Shown here: positions 7,748 through 16,694 of the stretch, piece by piece
Layout of the letters: each line of letters starts with the position of its first letter
How positions within the stretch are numbered: position 1 is the first letter of the stretch
Assembly: GCA_965203355.1 (NCBI GenBank)
Contig: OZ241889.1
Coordinates: 1,984,001 to 2,048,000, forward strand
Length of the DNA stretch: 64,000 nt
Direction: 5' to 3'
DNA from: Candidatus Latescibacterota bacterium
Lineage (GTDB): Bacteria; Latescibacterota; UBA2968; UBA8231
Notes under the pieces: model-generated
The model's input: only the letters and a program-made list of their open reading frames with translations
What the model was told of the DNA's origin: nothing
The model's database searches: none
Position numbers and translations under genes: made by a program

Positions 7748-10590
7748 CAGCGTCTCCCCTCGTCTCTCCAAGCCCGTATCTCATCCTGTGTTACGGGATC
7801 CATTCTTCTGAGTCGCTCATTGGCAACCTTGAACGCTTGCGCCATGACTAGTTCTTGCAGCGTCGGGTGATGGTCCGAAAATTCTGACTGATTGATGCGC
7901 GTGTATTTCCAAGGCTTTCCAGTGATTTCGCTTACGCGTTTGCACCAGTCCCGTGCGGCGGCGTCCTTTTCGACAGTGCCTTCCCATACTCGGCCTTTGG
8001 TTTCGAGGATCCAATGCACTAGACCGTCCCGCGCCTTCTGCACAGCGATCCAGTCAGGATAGTAGAAGCCGATGGCCCCACTGGGCTTTAGGTAATCGAT
8101 GCGGAACACGGTTCCAGATGCGCCCTGTTCTGTCGTTCCAAGCGCGGCAAAGCTAAGGATGTCTTGGGCTTTGTCGAGGAATTCGGCAAAGCTGCGCTCA
8201 AAGGCGTTGTACGTGGCCACGAAGTTGAAGATGGTCTTTTTTGCTTCCAATGGCGGCAAGTTGCGCCGCCAGCTAAAGGCTTTTGTCAGGGATAGAAGAG
8301 CATTCTCATGCTCAAGTTCGACAGTACGCCGCTCAATGGTAAGCGTAGCGACCTCGCGGGCGATGTATTTGGCAATGCCCTCCTGCAATTCTAGTCGGGC
8401 CAGATGAGAGCGGACGGTTTCATCGGTCAGTTCGATTTTTCGCCCAAAACAACGGTTCACGACGTAGTCTTGCACAATCGGATACATCTCCGCAAAGCGG
8501 TTGGTCAGCTTAGCACGGTCAGCGGCTTTGTTGGCGATGCTCGCCAGAAGTTCTTGGGCGGGACGTGGCTCAACAGCAATGTCGGTTTGATGGACCTCGG
8601 TCTCCGTGGTAGTAAATTCCATCTTCAGACTGATTCGGAATGGTTCGGCTAGTTCTTCTTGATTGAAAATCGCTTCAAGCGAACACACATCCAAGGTGGA
8701 CAGCTTGCGGAAATTATGCTTTAGGTTCGGCTTGGTTATAGGCAGGGCAATGTCGTATTGAAGCCGTTCTTGCATGGGTTTGACGACGACTGGACGCGGC
8801 GGATTTTCCTTCGTGTCCATCACGCCAACGCCCTCGGCTTCGAGTTGTTCGCGCAGGACTTTGAGCAGGTTGCGCGTACCAAGTACCTCAAGCGTCTGCG
8901 TTTGGTCTGGGCTTACCTGTGCCATCAGGCGCAGGCCACGCCCGATCACCTGCTCCGGGAGTATTTCGGCTTTCGCGGTGAAAGGTCGCAGCCCAAGCAC
9001 AACCGTCACGTTGCGGACGTCCCAGCCTTCGCGCAGCATCATTACACTGACAATCGCCTTGATCTTGCTCGTGGCCTTGTCGATGTCTCGCGCTGCTTGT
9101 CGGGCTTTGTCAAGGTCTCCTTGCCGAACTTCTCCGGTATTGTCCGTGTGGATAACGAGTACCTCGGATTCCTTGAAGCCGAATGCCGGTGTTGTCCACA
9201 GGTATTTTCCCAAGGCGTCCGCATAGACATTTTTCTCGGCCATGATAAAGAGCACCGGCCTCGTGTTGAGCTGTTTGTAAACTGTCCAGTGTTCCTGCCA
9301 GCGTTGCACGGCAGCCTGCAACCAGTAGCTATACTTCTCTGCCACGTTTTCTTTTGTAATCCCGGCCGGATCTTCGTTTGGCTGATTCGGGTCGTCCGCC
9401 TTGGTTACGATGAGTGGTGCTTTGACGATTTTATCTTCTACGGCTTGGGCTAACGGGTAGTCCACGACCGTCCATGGGAAGTACATGCCGTTCTGGTCTT
9501 TTGGCGTGGCCGAAAAGTCGAGCCAAGCGCAGAGACCTTGCGGCAGCGTTTTGTGAATGGCTAATAATGATTTATTCCAAGCCAAGTCGTCTTGGTGGAC
9601 GTGATGCGCTTCGTCATTTAGCACGACGAGATCCTGCAAAGACTTCACACGCTCTAGCATGGAACGCTGGCTGGATGATGCGAGGTCTTTTTCGGGCTTC
9701 CGGCCTAAAAGGGCATCAACGGCGTTTGCCAGTATCCTCTCCTCGTCGCGAGATTCGTAGAGTTGGTGGATGTTGGAGAGGAACAAGTTCCCGGAGGGGG
9801 CCGGTTCGGGCGTCTCGCCGCGCAAGATCACCTTTTGCGCGAAGTGGCCTTTCCACTCAGGTGGAATCAGGGGCAACTCGTGGAATATGCGATTGTTGGC
9901 AAAGTCCTTTTCTAGCCGCTGATAGACGATCACGTTGGGGGCTACGATGAGAAAATTGGTGGAGAGTTCCGAGCCGGGGACGCGCTGCTTGTGGAAGCGG
10001 GACCAGACGATGGCCATGGCCATCACCCAAGTTTTACCCGAACCAGTGGCCATTTTGAAGGCGAAGCGGCGCAGGTTTTCGGGTGGAAGGTCCTGTTCGC
10101 CATCTCGGTTTAGTTCCGGCACATAACGGCGAATTTGCCGCTGACCGTTCATCGTGGTCTGAAATTCGATATTACTTGAGAATAAGTCTTTCTGAGTGAT
10201 TTTTCCGTATGTCTCGATGAGGGCCTTGACATCTCGCTGATTGGCGATCTCTACCAGCCACACCAGCGTCTCAATCGCTTCGCGTTGGCAAAAGTAATAG
10301 CGGAACGGCGCGTTAAATCCGCTGATTTCGTGGTCCTCGTCAAACCAATACTCAAACAAGCGGCGAGTGACTTCGGATGCACCTGTATAGTCACTGTCGC
10401 GCCAAGCATCTACTTTGTCGCGGATTTTCGGCACCAATAGGATATTGCTCGGGCGTCGGCCGGATGTATCCTCGCGCCAGCCGGAAGGTACGGCAGCATC
10501 TTTGACCAAGTGGGACGTGGGTCTTTCCCACGGACAGCGATCGCGGATTTCCGGCAGGTCCTGGTCGTAATTAATGACGGCTTGTGCCAT
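7747..10590 (-). CDS. res: Type III-like restriction endonuclease Res subunit (SF2 helicase + PD-(D/E)xK nuclease) with an antitoxin-like C-terminal tail
   Basis: MATGSGKT (Walker A), LNDEAHH (DEAH box), FSATP, MLREGWD, EQVIGRGLR, YYPDW...LETKG nuclease motif. Adjacent to a DNA methyltransferase. Confidence 0.9.
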   Translation of the reverse strand: MAQAVINYDQDLPEIRDRCPWERPTSHLVKDAAVPSGWREDTSGRRPSNILLVPKIRDKVDAWRDSDYTGASEVTRRLFEYWFDEDHEISGFNAPFRYYFCQREAIETLVWLVEIANQRDVKALIETYGKITQKDLFSSNIEFQTTMNGQRQIRRYVPELNRDGEQDLPPENLRRFAFKMATGSGKTWVMAMAIVWSRFHKQRVPGSELSTNFLIVAPNVIVYQRLEKDFANNRIFHELPLIPPEWKGHFAQKVILRGETPEPAPSGNLFLSNIHQLYESRDEERILANAVDALLGRKPEKDLASSSQRSMLERVKSLQDLVVLNDEAHHVHQDDLAWNKSLLAIHKTLPQGLCAWLDFSATPKDQNGMYFPWTVVDYPLAQAVEDKIVKAPLIVTKADDPNQPNEDPAGITKENVAEKYSYWLQAAVQRWQEHWTVYKQLNTRPVLFIMAEKNVYADALGKYLWTTPAFGFKESEVLVIHTDNTGEVRQGDLDKARQAARDIDKATSKIKAIVSVMMLREGWDVRNVTVVLGLRPFTAKAEILPEQVIGRGLRLMAQVSPDQTQTLEVLGTRNLLKVLREQLEAEGVGVMDTKENPPRPVVVKPMQERLQYDIALPITKPNLKHNFRKLSTLDVCSLEAIFNQEELAEPFRISLKMEFTTTETEVHQTDIAVEPRPAQELLASIANKAADRAKLTNRFAEMYPIVQDYVVNRCFGRKIELTDETVRSHLARLELQEGIAKYIAREVATLTIERRTVELEHENALLSLTKAFSWRRNLPPLEAKKTIFNFVATYNAFERSFAEFLDKAQDILSFAALGTTEQGASGTVFRIDYLKPSGAIGFYYPDWIAVQKARDGLVHWILETKGRVWEGTVEKDAAARDWCKRVSEITGKPWKYTRINQSEFSDHHPTLQELVMAQAFKVANERLRRMDPVTQDEIRAWRDEGRR

Positions 10591-10591
10591 G

Positions 10592-12442
10592 CTATTTCAC
10601 CTCCACGTCAAGAGCTTGCGAGGTATCGTTGCCGAAGATGTCGATTACCTTGACTAGCACTCGGTATTTGCCAGGTTGCCCGTATGTGTGGGGATCGGAA
10701 GCGAGCAGGAGGGTGCGGTTTTTGCGGGTGCGGTAGGAGACCCAGCCCTGCATGAAGGTGTCGTTTTGAAAGTCCCAGTCAACGGCCCAGTAGTCGATGT
10801 AGTCGGACCACTTCGCAACTTTGTCGCGCACTTCGTCGGGGATGAGTTCCGAGTTGGGGATGACGAAGTTTTGCAGTTTCACTTGCGCGGTGAGTTTCTG
10901 CGGTTTTTTGACCGTTGCCTTTAGATAAGCCAGCTCGAAGAAGCGGACATCGCCTTTAGCGGTCGCCTGTTCTTCCATGACTTCGCGGGGGATTTGCAAC
11001 AGCGAAAGGTTGACGCCTTTGTTTTTTGCTGCTGGCACCACGAGGTTTTGTAAGCCCATTTCCCATTCCCAGCCGAGGATATGCAGGTCTTTTTGCTTGA
11101 GCTTGGTGCATTCTTCCACGGCGTTGTCGATTTCGTCTAAGGTCACAGGCGCGTCTACTGCGCCGATGTGGATTAAGGCGCGGCCTTTTTTGCCGTGTAG
11201 ATGCGCTAGGCCCGAAAGCGGCTGTGCGCCGTAGAGTTTGAGGATGAAGGCGAGGTATTCGTAGAGTGCTTGCTCGGATGGCGGCTGATTTGCGTTACCA
11301 AACGTCACACCTTGCCAGTACTGGCGCTCGTATTTGCCGAGATTGAGAATCTCGAAGGGCTTGCAGTTTTCAATGCCGAGCAGACGCTTGCGGGTGACGT
11401 GGATGCCCCAGCGACCCAAGTCGCAGCCGATCCAGCGGCGGCCTAGTTTTTCGGCGACGGCGAGCGTGGTGCCAGAGCCGCAGAAGAAGTCGGCGACGAT
11501 ATCATTCGGGTTAGAGCATGTTTCGATGATTCTGCGAAGTAGAGCCTCTGGTTTCTGCGTTGGATAACCCGTTCTTTCGTTTCCAACGCCCGCGATGATG
11601 GAGATGTCCCATACGTCTCGAAGGGGTAGTCCTTTAGTAGGTTCATCAATTGTGATTTTTCTTGTTCTTGTTTCTGGATCAAGAATCTGCGTTTTCCCCC
11701 CGAATCTCTTTTCGTAGCTCTCCGATACATCTTCATATTGCTTATGGAATCGGTGCTCCTGATGTTTAGAGGTTTTGCGATAAAACAGTATATCGTCGTG
11801 CATTTTCTGAAATACTGATTGAGTACCTGGCCATCTCTTATAGCTCCATATTATATGGTTGCAGAATTGGCTTGAGCCCATGATCTCGTCCATTATTTGA
11901 CGAACCGTGGCCGATGTCGTTGAGTCCAAGTGAACAAACATTGAGCCATGTGGTGCAAGTAGTTCTCTCATTATCATAACGCGAGAAGAAATCATGCTGA
12001 AAAATGAAGAAAGTCCTTTTCCCCACGTATCCCTGTACGCCTTTTCTTCAATTATAGATTGTTCCTTTGGAATTTTTTCATTTGACTCTCCAATCTGAGC
12101 CATAAACGAAAAATCCGCTCCTGTCGCAAAAGGCGGGTCTATGTAGATCAGGTCAATTTTCCCAGCGAATTTTTCTAGCAACGAACTCATCACCAGCAGG
12201 TTGTCGCCCCAAACGAGCTTGTTCTTCCAGCCATCTTCAAAGGTGTCGCCTTCATTACCTTCGTACATGTCGAATAGTGACAATCCTTTAGTTTTTTGTA
12301 CCTCGCGCGTGGCGCGGCTTTCATTGACCGTCTCAATCACTTGAAAAGGCAGATTAACTCGCGGAACCTCCCTGAGTGTACCATCCTCGTCGTACTTGCC
12401 GGGCCATACTAGTTCCGTCTTGGTGATGTCGATTTTTGCCAT
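10592..12442 (-). CDS. mod: Adenine-specific DNA methyltransferase (Mod subunit, beta class)
   Basis: YIDPPF catalytic motif precedes YPTQKPEALL and DFFCGSGTT (SAM-binding). 1-nt gap to res. Confidence 0.92.
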   Translation of the reverse strand: MAKIDITKTELVWPGKYDEDGTLREVPRVNLPFQVIETVNESRATREVQKTKGLSLFDMYEGNEGDTFEDGWKNKLVWGDNLLVMSSLLEKFAGKIDLIYIDPPFATGADFSFMAQIGESNEKIPKEQSIIEEKAYRDTWGKGLSSFFSMISSRVMIMRELLAPHGSMFVHLDSTTSATVRQIMDEIMGSSQFCNHIIWSYKRWPGTQSVFQKMHDDILFYRKTSKHQEHRFHKQYEDVSESYEKRFGGKTQILDPETRTRKITIDEPTKGLPLRDVWDISIIAGVGNERTGYPTQKPEALLRRIIETCSNPNDIVADFFCGSGTTLAVAEKLGRRWIGCDLGRWGIHVTRKRLLGIENCKPFEILNLGKYERQYWQGVTFGNANQPPSEQALYEYLAFILKLYGAQPLSGLAHLHGKKGRALIHIGAVDAPVTLDEIDNAVEECTKLKQKDLHILGWEWEMGLQNLVVPAAKNKGVNLSLLQIPREVMEEQATAKGDVRFFELAYLKATVKKPQKLTAQVKLQNFVIPNSELIPDEVRDKVAKWSDYIDYWAVDWDFQNDTFMQGWVSYRTRKNRTLLLASDPHTYGQPGKYRVLVKVIDIFGNDTSQALDVEVK

Positions 12443-12549
12443 TGTATTGCTCCTTAAATTTCTCAGAGCCTCGTTCGGCTGCTGATTCCCTATTCGCAGT
12501 TTTAGGAACGTTTCTCAGATGAGGATGTCAAAACCAACGAGTGCAAGGC

Positions 12550-13239
12550 TCATAATAGCCCGGCCTTGCTAAAACTGAAAGTCTGCGACTCCGACACGAT
12601 CAGGTGGTCGGCAACCCGCAAGCCAATGGTTTCGGCGGCGAGCACGATAGCACGCGTGACCAGTTTGTCTTGCTCGCTCGGCTCGACGTTGCCGTTTGGA
12701 TGGTTATGCGCGAGTACAAGGGCCGCCGCTTGGCGTTTGAGCGCGGCTTCTACGACGCGGCGTGGATACACCGCTGCGCGATCAATTGTACCTTCCTGAA
12801 GCATTTCGACGCCATTGTGAAGTAGCCGATATGCCGAGTCGAGGTACGCCACGGCAAATACTTCGTGCTTGAGGTGGCCGATCTGCATACGCCAGAAGTT
12901 ACTGATCCGCTCCGGGTCACTCAGCACTTCCGCTTCTTCTGATACTTCCTGCAAGTAGCGCGTCGCCGCTCCGCGGATGACCTTTAGGGAGATCGCGGTG
13001 ACCTCGCCGATACCCTTGACTGACCGCAATTCGGCTAGGGGCGCGTCCAAAATCCCTCGCAGACTGCCGAAGCGATTGAGCAGGGCCTTGGCTTGTTGCT
13101 TCACGTCCGAGCGAGGGATGGCCAAGGTCAATAGCAATTCAACGACCTCGTGTTCGGCGAATCCGTCAAAGCCGCTCTTGAGGAAGCGATCGCGGAGCCG
13201 CTTGCGGTGCCCGTGGTAGTGCGGTTCAATCTTCGCCAT
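12550..13239 (-). CDS. radC: RadC-family JAB/MPN protein
   Basis: GHRKRLRDRF N-terminus, HhH motif VKGIG, VYPRRVV, AHNHPNG..PSEQD, DHLIV. Confidence 0.93.
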   Translation of the reverse strand: MAKIEPHYHGHRKRLRDRFLKSGFDGFAEHEVVELLLTLAIPRSDVKQQAKALLNRFGSLRGILDAPLAELRSVKGIGEVTAISLKVIRGAATRYLQEVSEEAEVLSDPERISNFWRMQIGHLKHEVFAVAYLDSAYRLLHNGVEMLQEGTIDRAAVYPRRVVEAALKRQAAALVLAHNHPNGNVEPSEQDKLVTRAIVLAAETIGLRVADHLIVSESQTFSFSKAGLL

Positions 13240-13678
13240 TATCCTGCTCTTTAGATTTGTTCAAACATTCGCGCCCGGCTGTCGTCAGGCGATAGCGTTG
13301 CTTGCTGCTGCGCGGCTTGTCGGGAATCGTCATTTCGATTAGACCGGCTTGCAGGGCGGGGAGCAGGTAGGTTGCTCGGAAATGATCCTCGTGCTTCAAG
13401 TTGAGAGCGTCTTGGATTTGTCGTCTGCTCATTTCGCCTGACATTACATCTAGCAGACGCACTTCCCCGGTAACTTCCCCGGTAACTTCCCCGGTAACTT
13501 TCCCGGTAACTTGATCTTCTAGTTCCCGCACTTCGGGATCCGGCCGAAAAATAACGACGAAAAATGCTCCCCGGACCTTGAATTCCGGTTCTGGGCAACC
13601 TTGTTCCCGCGCTTCGTCCCGAATACGGCGGATGCCAGTGCCTTGCTGGATGAGCATATCAAGATCCGCAGATTTCAT
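13226..13678 (-). pseudogene. Internally deleted AlbA_2/HATPase (RecG-C-like) regulator retaining a Fic-like C-terminal wHTH
   Basis: N-terminus MKSADLDMLIQQG resembles the start of AlbA_2 proteins but joins directly to GTGIRRI..PEPEF (end of the HATPase_c_4 region). It continues with a VTGE linker and HFRATYLLPAL..IEMTIPDKPRSSKQRYRLT. Confidence 0.6.
13461..13512. repeat. 12-bp tandem repeat ACTTCCCCGGTA x4.3 (encodes the VTGE/VTGK linker)
   Basis: Directly visible; one mismatch in the fourth unit. Confidence 0.95.
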
Positions 13679-13835
13679 AGATTCTGAGGCCGCCGGTGTC
13701 GCTTGGTTGTGGAATGGACCTGCGTTGCGCGATGAGACTGCTCAATTGATAGGGTTTGCACGCTTGATGTCAAGCTGTGGGGGTGTTCTGCTATTGTCTC
13801 GGCCCGGCCGTCCCATACTTTAAGGCAGGCAAAAA

Positions 13836-14843
13836 ATGGAAAACCGCGCAGATTACACGTTGTTGCACCTCGACCAGCCCGAAGCGTTGGCCGAGTACGC
13901 GCGCGCTCGGGGATGGCTTTTGCCGACGGAATCAGTGCGCGAGTTGGGCCGCGCTGGCGAGGGCAATATGAACCTCACCCTGCGCGTGCAGACCGCCGAG
14001 CGTTCCTTCATACTCAAGCAAGCGCGGCCTTGGGTCGAGAAGTACCCGGCCATTCCGGCGCCCAAGGAACGGGTGCTGGTGGAGGCCGCTTTTTACCAAG
14101 CTGTGGCCGATTGCCCGCTGGTGGCCGAGCGCATGCCCGGCTTCTTGGGTTGGGACGAAGAGCATTTTGTCGCCGCGTTTGCCGACTTGGGGGAGACCGC
14201 GGATTGTACGGATTTGTACCAGGATGGCCGGGCCGCGTTTGCGCCTTTGCCGGGCCTGTGCCACTGGTTGGCGGCCCTGCACCAAGCGCCCTTTGACGAG
14301 CCGACCCGAGCGCGCTTGGAAAACCGCGCCATGCGTCAGCTCAACCACGAGCATTTGTACTGCTTCCCGCTGCGCCCGGACAACGGCCTCGACCTCGACG
14401 CGATCACGCCCGGGCTGGCGCGGGCCGCTCGGGCCTTGCAAGAGGACGCGGCGTATGGTCGCGCCCTGGCCGAGTTGGGTGCGCTCTACTTGGAAAATGG
14501 CCCCTGCCTGTTGCACGGGGATTTCTATCCAGGCAGTTGGGTGCGCGCTGGCGGGCAGGTGTGGATCATCGATCCGGAGTTTTGCTTTTTTGGCCCGCCG
14601 GAATTCGATGTGGGTATTCTCATCGGCCACTTGTTGCTCGCCGGTCGTCCCTTGGAACTGGCGCAGTCGGCGTTTGCCCACTACGGCACCGAGCCCCCGC
14701 TTTCCCATAGCTTGACGCTACAATTTGCCGGCATGGAGATCATGCGGCGACTCATCGGCGTAGCCCAGTTGCCGCTAACGGCTGACCTGCGGCGCAAGGA
14801 GGGGCTATTGGCGATCTCGCGGGAGTTGGTGTTGGGACGTTAG
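13836..14843 (+). CDS. Aminoglycoside-phosphotransferase-fold kinase, 5-methylthioribose kinase-like
   Basis: GEGNMN, ILKQARPW, LLHGDFYPGS, IIDPEF. Confidence 0.8.
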   Translation: MENRADYTLLHLDQPEALAEYARARGWLLPTESVRELGRAGEGNMNLTLRVQTAERSFILKQARPWVEKYPAIPAPKERVLVEAAFYQAVADCPLVAERMPGFLGWDEEHFVAAFADLGETADCTDLYQDGRAAFAPLPGLCHWLAALHQAPFDEPTRARLENRAMRQLNHEHLYCFPLRPDNGLDLDAITPGLARAARALQEDAAYGRALAELGALYLENGPCLLHGDFYPGSWVRAGGQVWIIDPEFCFFGPPEFDVGILIGHLLLAGRPLELAQSAFAHYGTEPPLSHSLTLQFAGMEIMRRLIGVAQLPLTADLRRKEGLLAISRELVLGR

Positions 14844-14845
14844 GG

Positions 14846-15784
14846 ATGGCTGCATTGCCCGATGTCATTCCGTTGACGCCCTATTACCGGGCGATGGTGT
14901 GGGGCGGACGCCGCTTAGCCACGCTCTACGGCAAAGCCCTGCCAGACGATGCGCTCATTGGCGAGTCCTTTGAGTTGTCGGCGTACCAAGGGCGCGAGAG
15001 CCGGGCGGTGGACGGTCGGTCGCTGCGCGAGTTGGTGGAAACGCATCGCGCCGACTTGGTCGGTGCGGCGGTGTGGGCGCGCTACCGGGGGCGTTTCCCT
15101 TTGCTTGTTAAACTGCTCGACGCGCAGCAAAACTTGTCGATCCAAGTGCATCCCAACGACGAGTACGCCCAGCGCCATGGATTGGGCGATAGCGGCAAGA
15201 TGGAGGCGTGGTACGTGCTGCAATCAGACGGCGGTCGCGTGGTTTGCGGGCTGGCCGAGGGCGTGGGGCGTGCCGAGTTCGTCGCCGCCCACGCGGCCAA
15301 CCGCGTCGCTGAGGTCGTCCGCTTTTATCCGGTGGCGCGAGGCGATGTGCTCTTTTTGCCGCCGGGCACGGTACACGCCCTGTGCCGGGGGGTCGTCCTG
15401 TACGAGGTGCAGCAAACGAGCGACCTGACCTTCCGCATTTACGACTACGGCCGGCCGCGGGTGCTGCACTGGGAGCAGGCCCTGGCGGTCATCGACTTTG
15501 CCCAAGGCCAGCCCAAGCCGGTGTCTCATCCGGTGCTGCGCGGCCAAGTGCTGGTAGAGTCCGAGCATTTTGTGCTGCGCGGTTGTGGCCTAGCGGGCGG
15601 CCAAGCCGAGCATGGGGCTGAGGGCGCGTTTCTGTCGCTGACGGTCGTCCGCGGGCGGGCGCGGGTGGGCGCGTGGGCCTTGGCCGCGGGCGAGACCGCG
15701 CTGGTGCCGGCCGGGCGGGCTTGTGCTGTCGCGCCGTTAGGTGGCGAAAGATTGGAGTATTTGATCGCTTCAGTACCCAGCTAA
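14846..15784 (+). CDS. Class I mannose-6-phosphate isomerase-like cupin
   Basis: VWGGRRL, FPLLVKLLDA, LSIQVHP, GKMEAW, GTVHA, EVQQTSDLTFRIYDYGR. Confidence 0.88.
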   Translation: MAALPDVIPLTPYYRAMVWGGRRLATLYGKALPDDALIGESFELSAYQGRESRAVDGRSLRELVETHRADLVGAAVWARYRGRFPLLVKLLDAQQNLSIQVHPNDEYAQRHGLGDSGKMEAWYVLQSDGGRVVCGLAEGVGRAEFVAAHAANRVAEVVRFYPVARGDVLFLPPGTVHALCRGVVLYEVQQTSDLTFRIYDYGRPRVLHWEQALAVIDFAQGQPKPVSHPVLRGQVLVESEHFVLRGCGLAGGQAEHGAEGAFLSLTVVRGRARVGAWALAAGETALVPAGRACAVAPLGGERLEYLIASVPS

Positions 15785-15854
15785 AAAGCCTTGCTGGAAC
15801 GCCCGTCCCGATTATCATTAACCAACGCAACCAACAACAACAAAGGAGTGCATT

Positions 15855-16658
15855 GTGAATCTATTTTCGCTCGCGGGAAAAGTCGCCCTAGTCACCGGCG
15901 CGAGTCGCGGCATTGGCCGCGGCGTAGCCCTGGGCATGGCGGAGGCCGGTGCTACGGTTATCTGTGCCGCCCGCACCCGCAGCCAACTCGACGAAGCCGT
16001 CGCGGCCATTGAGGCCGCCGGGGGCGCGGCGTGTGCGGTTGAGTTGGATATGGCCGACCTAGCGGGCATGGACGCGGCCTTGGAGCCATGCGGCCCCATA
16101 GACATCTTGTTCAACAACGCTGGCATGAACATCCGCCAGCCCATCGTCGAGGTCTCAGAGGAAAACTACGACCAGATCATGGCCGTCAACCTCAAGGGCC
16201 TGTACTTCCTCAGCCAGAAGGTCGGTCGCCAGATGATCGAGCGCGGCCAAGGCGGCAAGATCATCAACATTGGCTCGCTGACCACCGGCTACGCCTTGGC
16301 CAACGTGTCGGTGTACACCGCGACCAAAGGGGCTGTCGGCCAGCTTACCAAGGGCCAAGCCATTGAGTTCGGGCCGCACAACATCCAAGTCAATGCGATC
16401 TGCCCGGGCTTTGTGCTCACCTCGCTCACCGAGAAGATGTGGGCCGATTCGACCATGCGCGCTTGGGGCGAGGGGCGGGTCGCGCTCAATCGCTTGGGGA
16501 CGCCCGCCGATTTGGTTGGCACGGCCATTTTTCTCGCCGCGCCCGCCTCGGATTACGTCACCGGTCAGTGCCTCTACGTCGATGGCGGCTTTATGGCTGG
16601 CGACGAGTGGCCCTTGCCGCCGGCGGCTGGTGCGAATGCCGCGAGGAAAGCGGTATAA
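15855..16658 (+). CDS. SDR oxidoreductase (gluconate 5-dehydrogenase/KduD-like)
   Basis: TGASRGIG, NNAG, YTATK catalytic motif, VDGG. GTG start after AAGGAG. Confidence 0.88.
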   Translation: MNLFSLAGKVALVTGASRGIGRGVALGMAEAGATVICAARTRSQLDEAVAAIEAAGGAACAVELDMADLAGMDAALEPCGPIDILFNNAGMNIRQPIVEVSEENYDQIMAVNLKGLYFLSQKVGRQMIERGQGGKIINIGSLTTGYALANVSVYTATKGAVGQLTKGQAIEFGPHNIQVNAICPGFVLTSLTEKMWADSTMRAWGEGRVALNRLGTPADLVGTAIFLAAPASDYVTGQCLYVDGGFMAGDEWPLPPAAGANAARKAV

Positions 16659-16694
16659 CCGCAGATTTTCCACCCCAATAAGGAGTTAGCTTGC

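Larger units (their letters stand above)
7300..13750 (-). other. Lower-GC defence islet (regulator remnant-radC-mod-res-vapC)
   Basis: Five co-oriented minus-strand genes inserted between plus-strand high-GC backbone genes, with visibly lower GC. No integrase seen. Confidence 0.7.

Noticed and set aside
7747-7771. ORF-track N-terminal extension of vapC (MERRGETL)
   Set aside because: It overlaps the res tail. PIN domains start a few residues before the first Asp, and ATG 7747 gives TGATG coupling.
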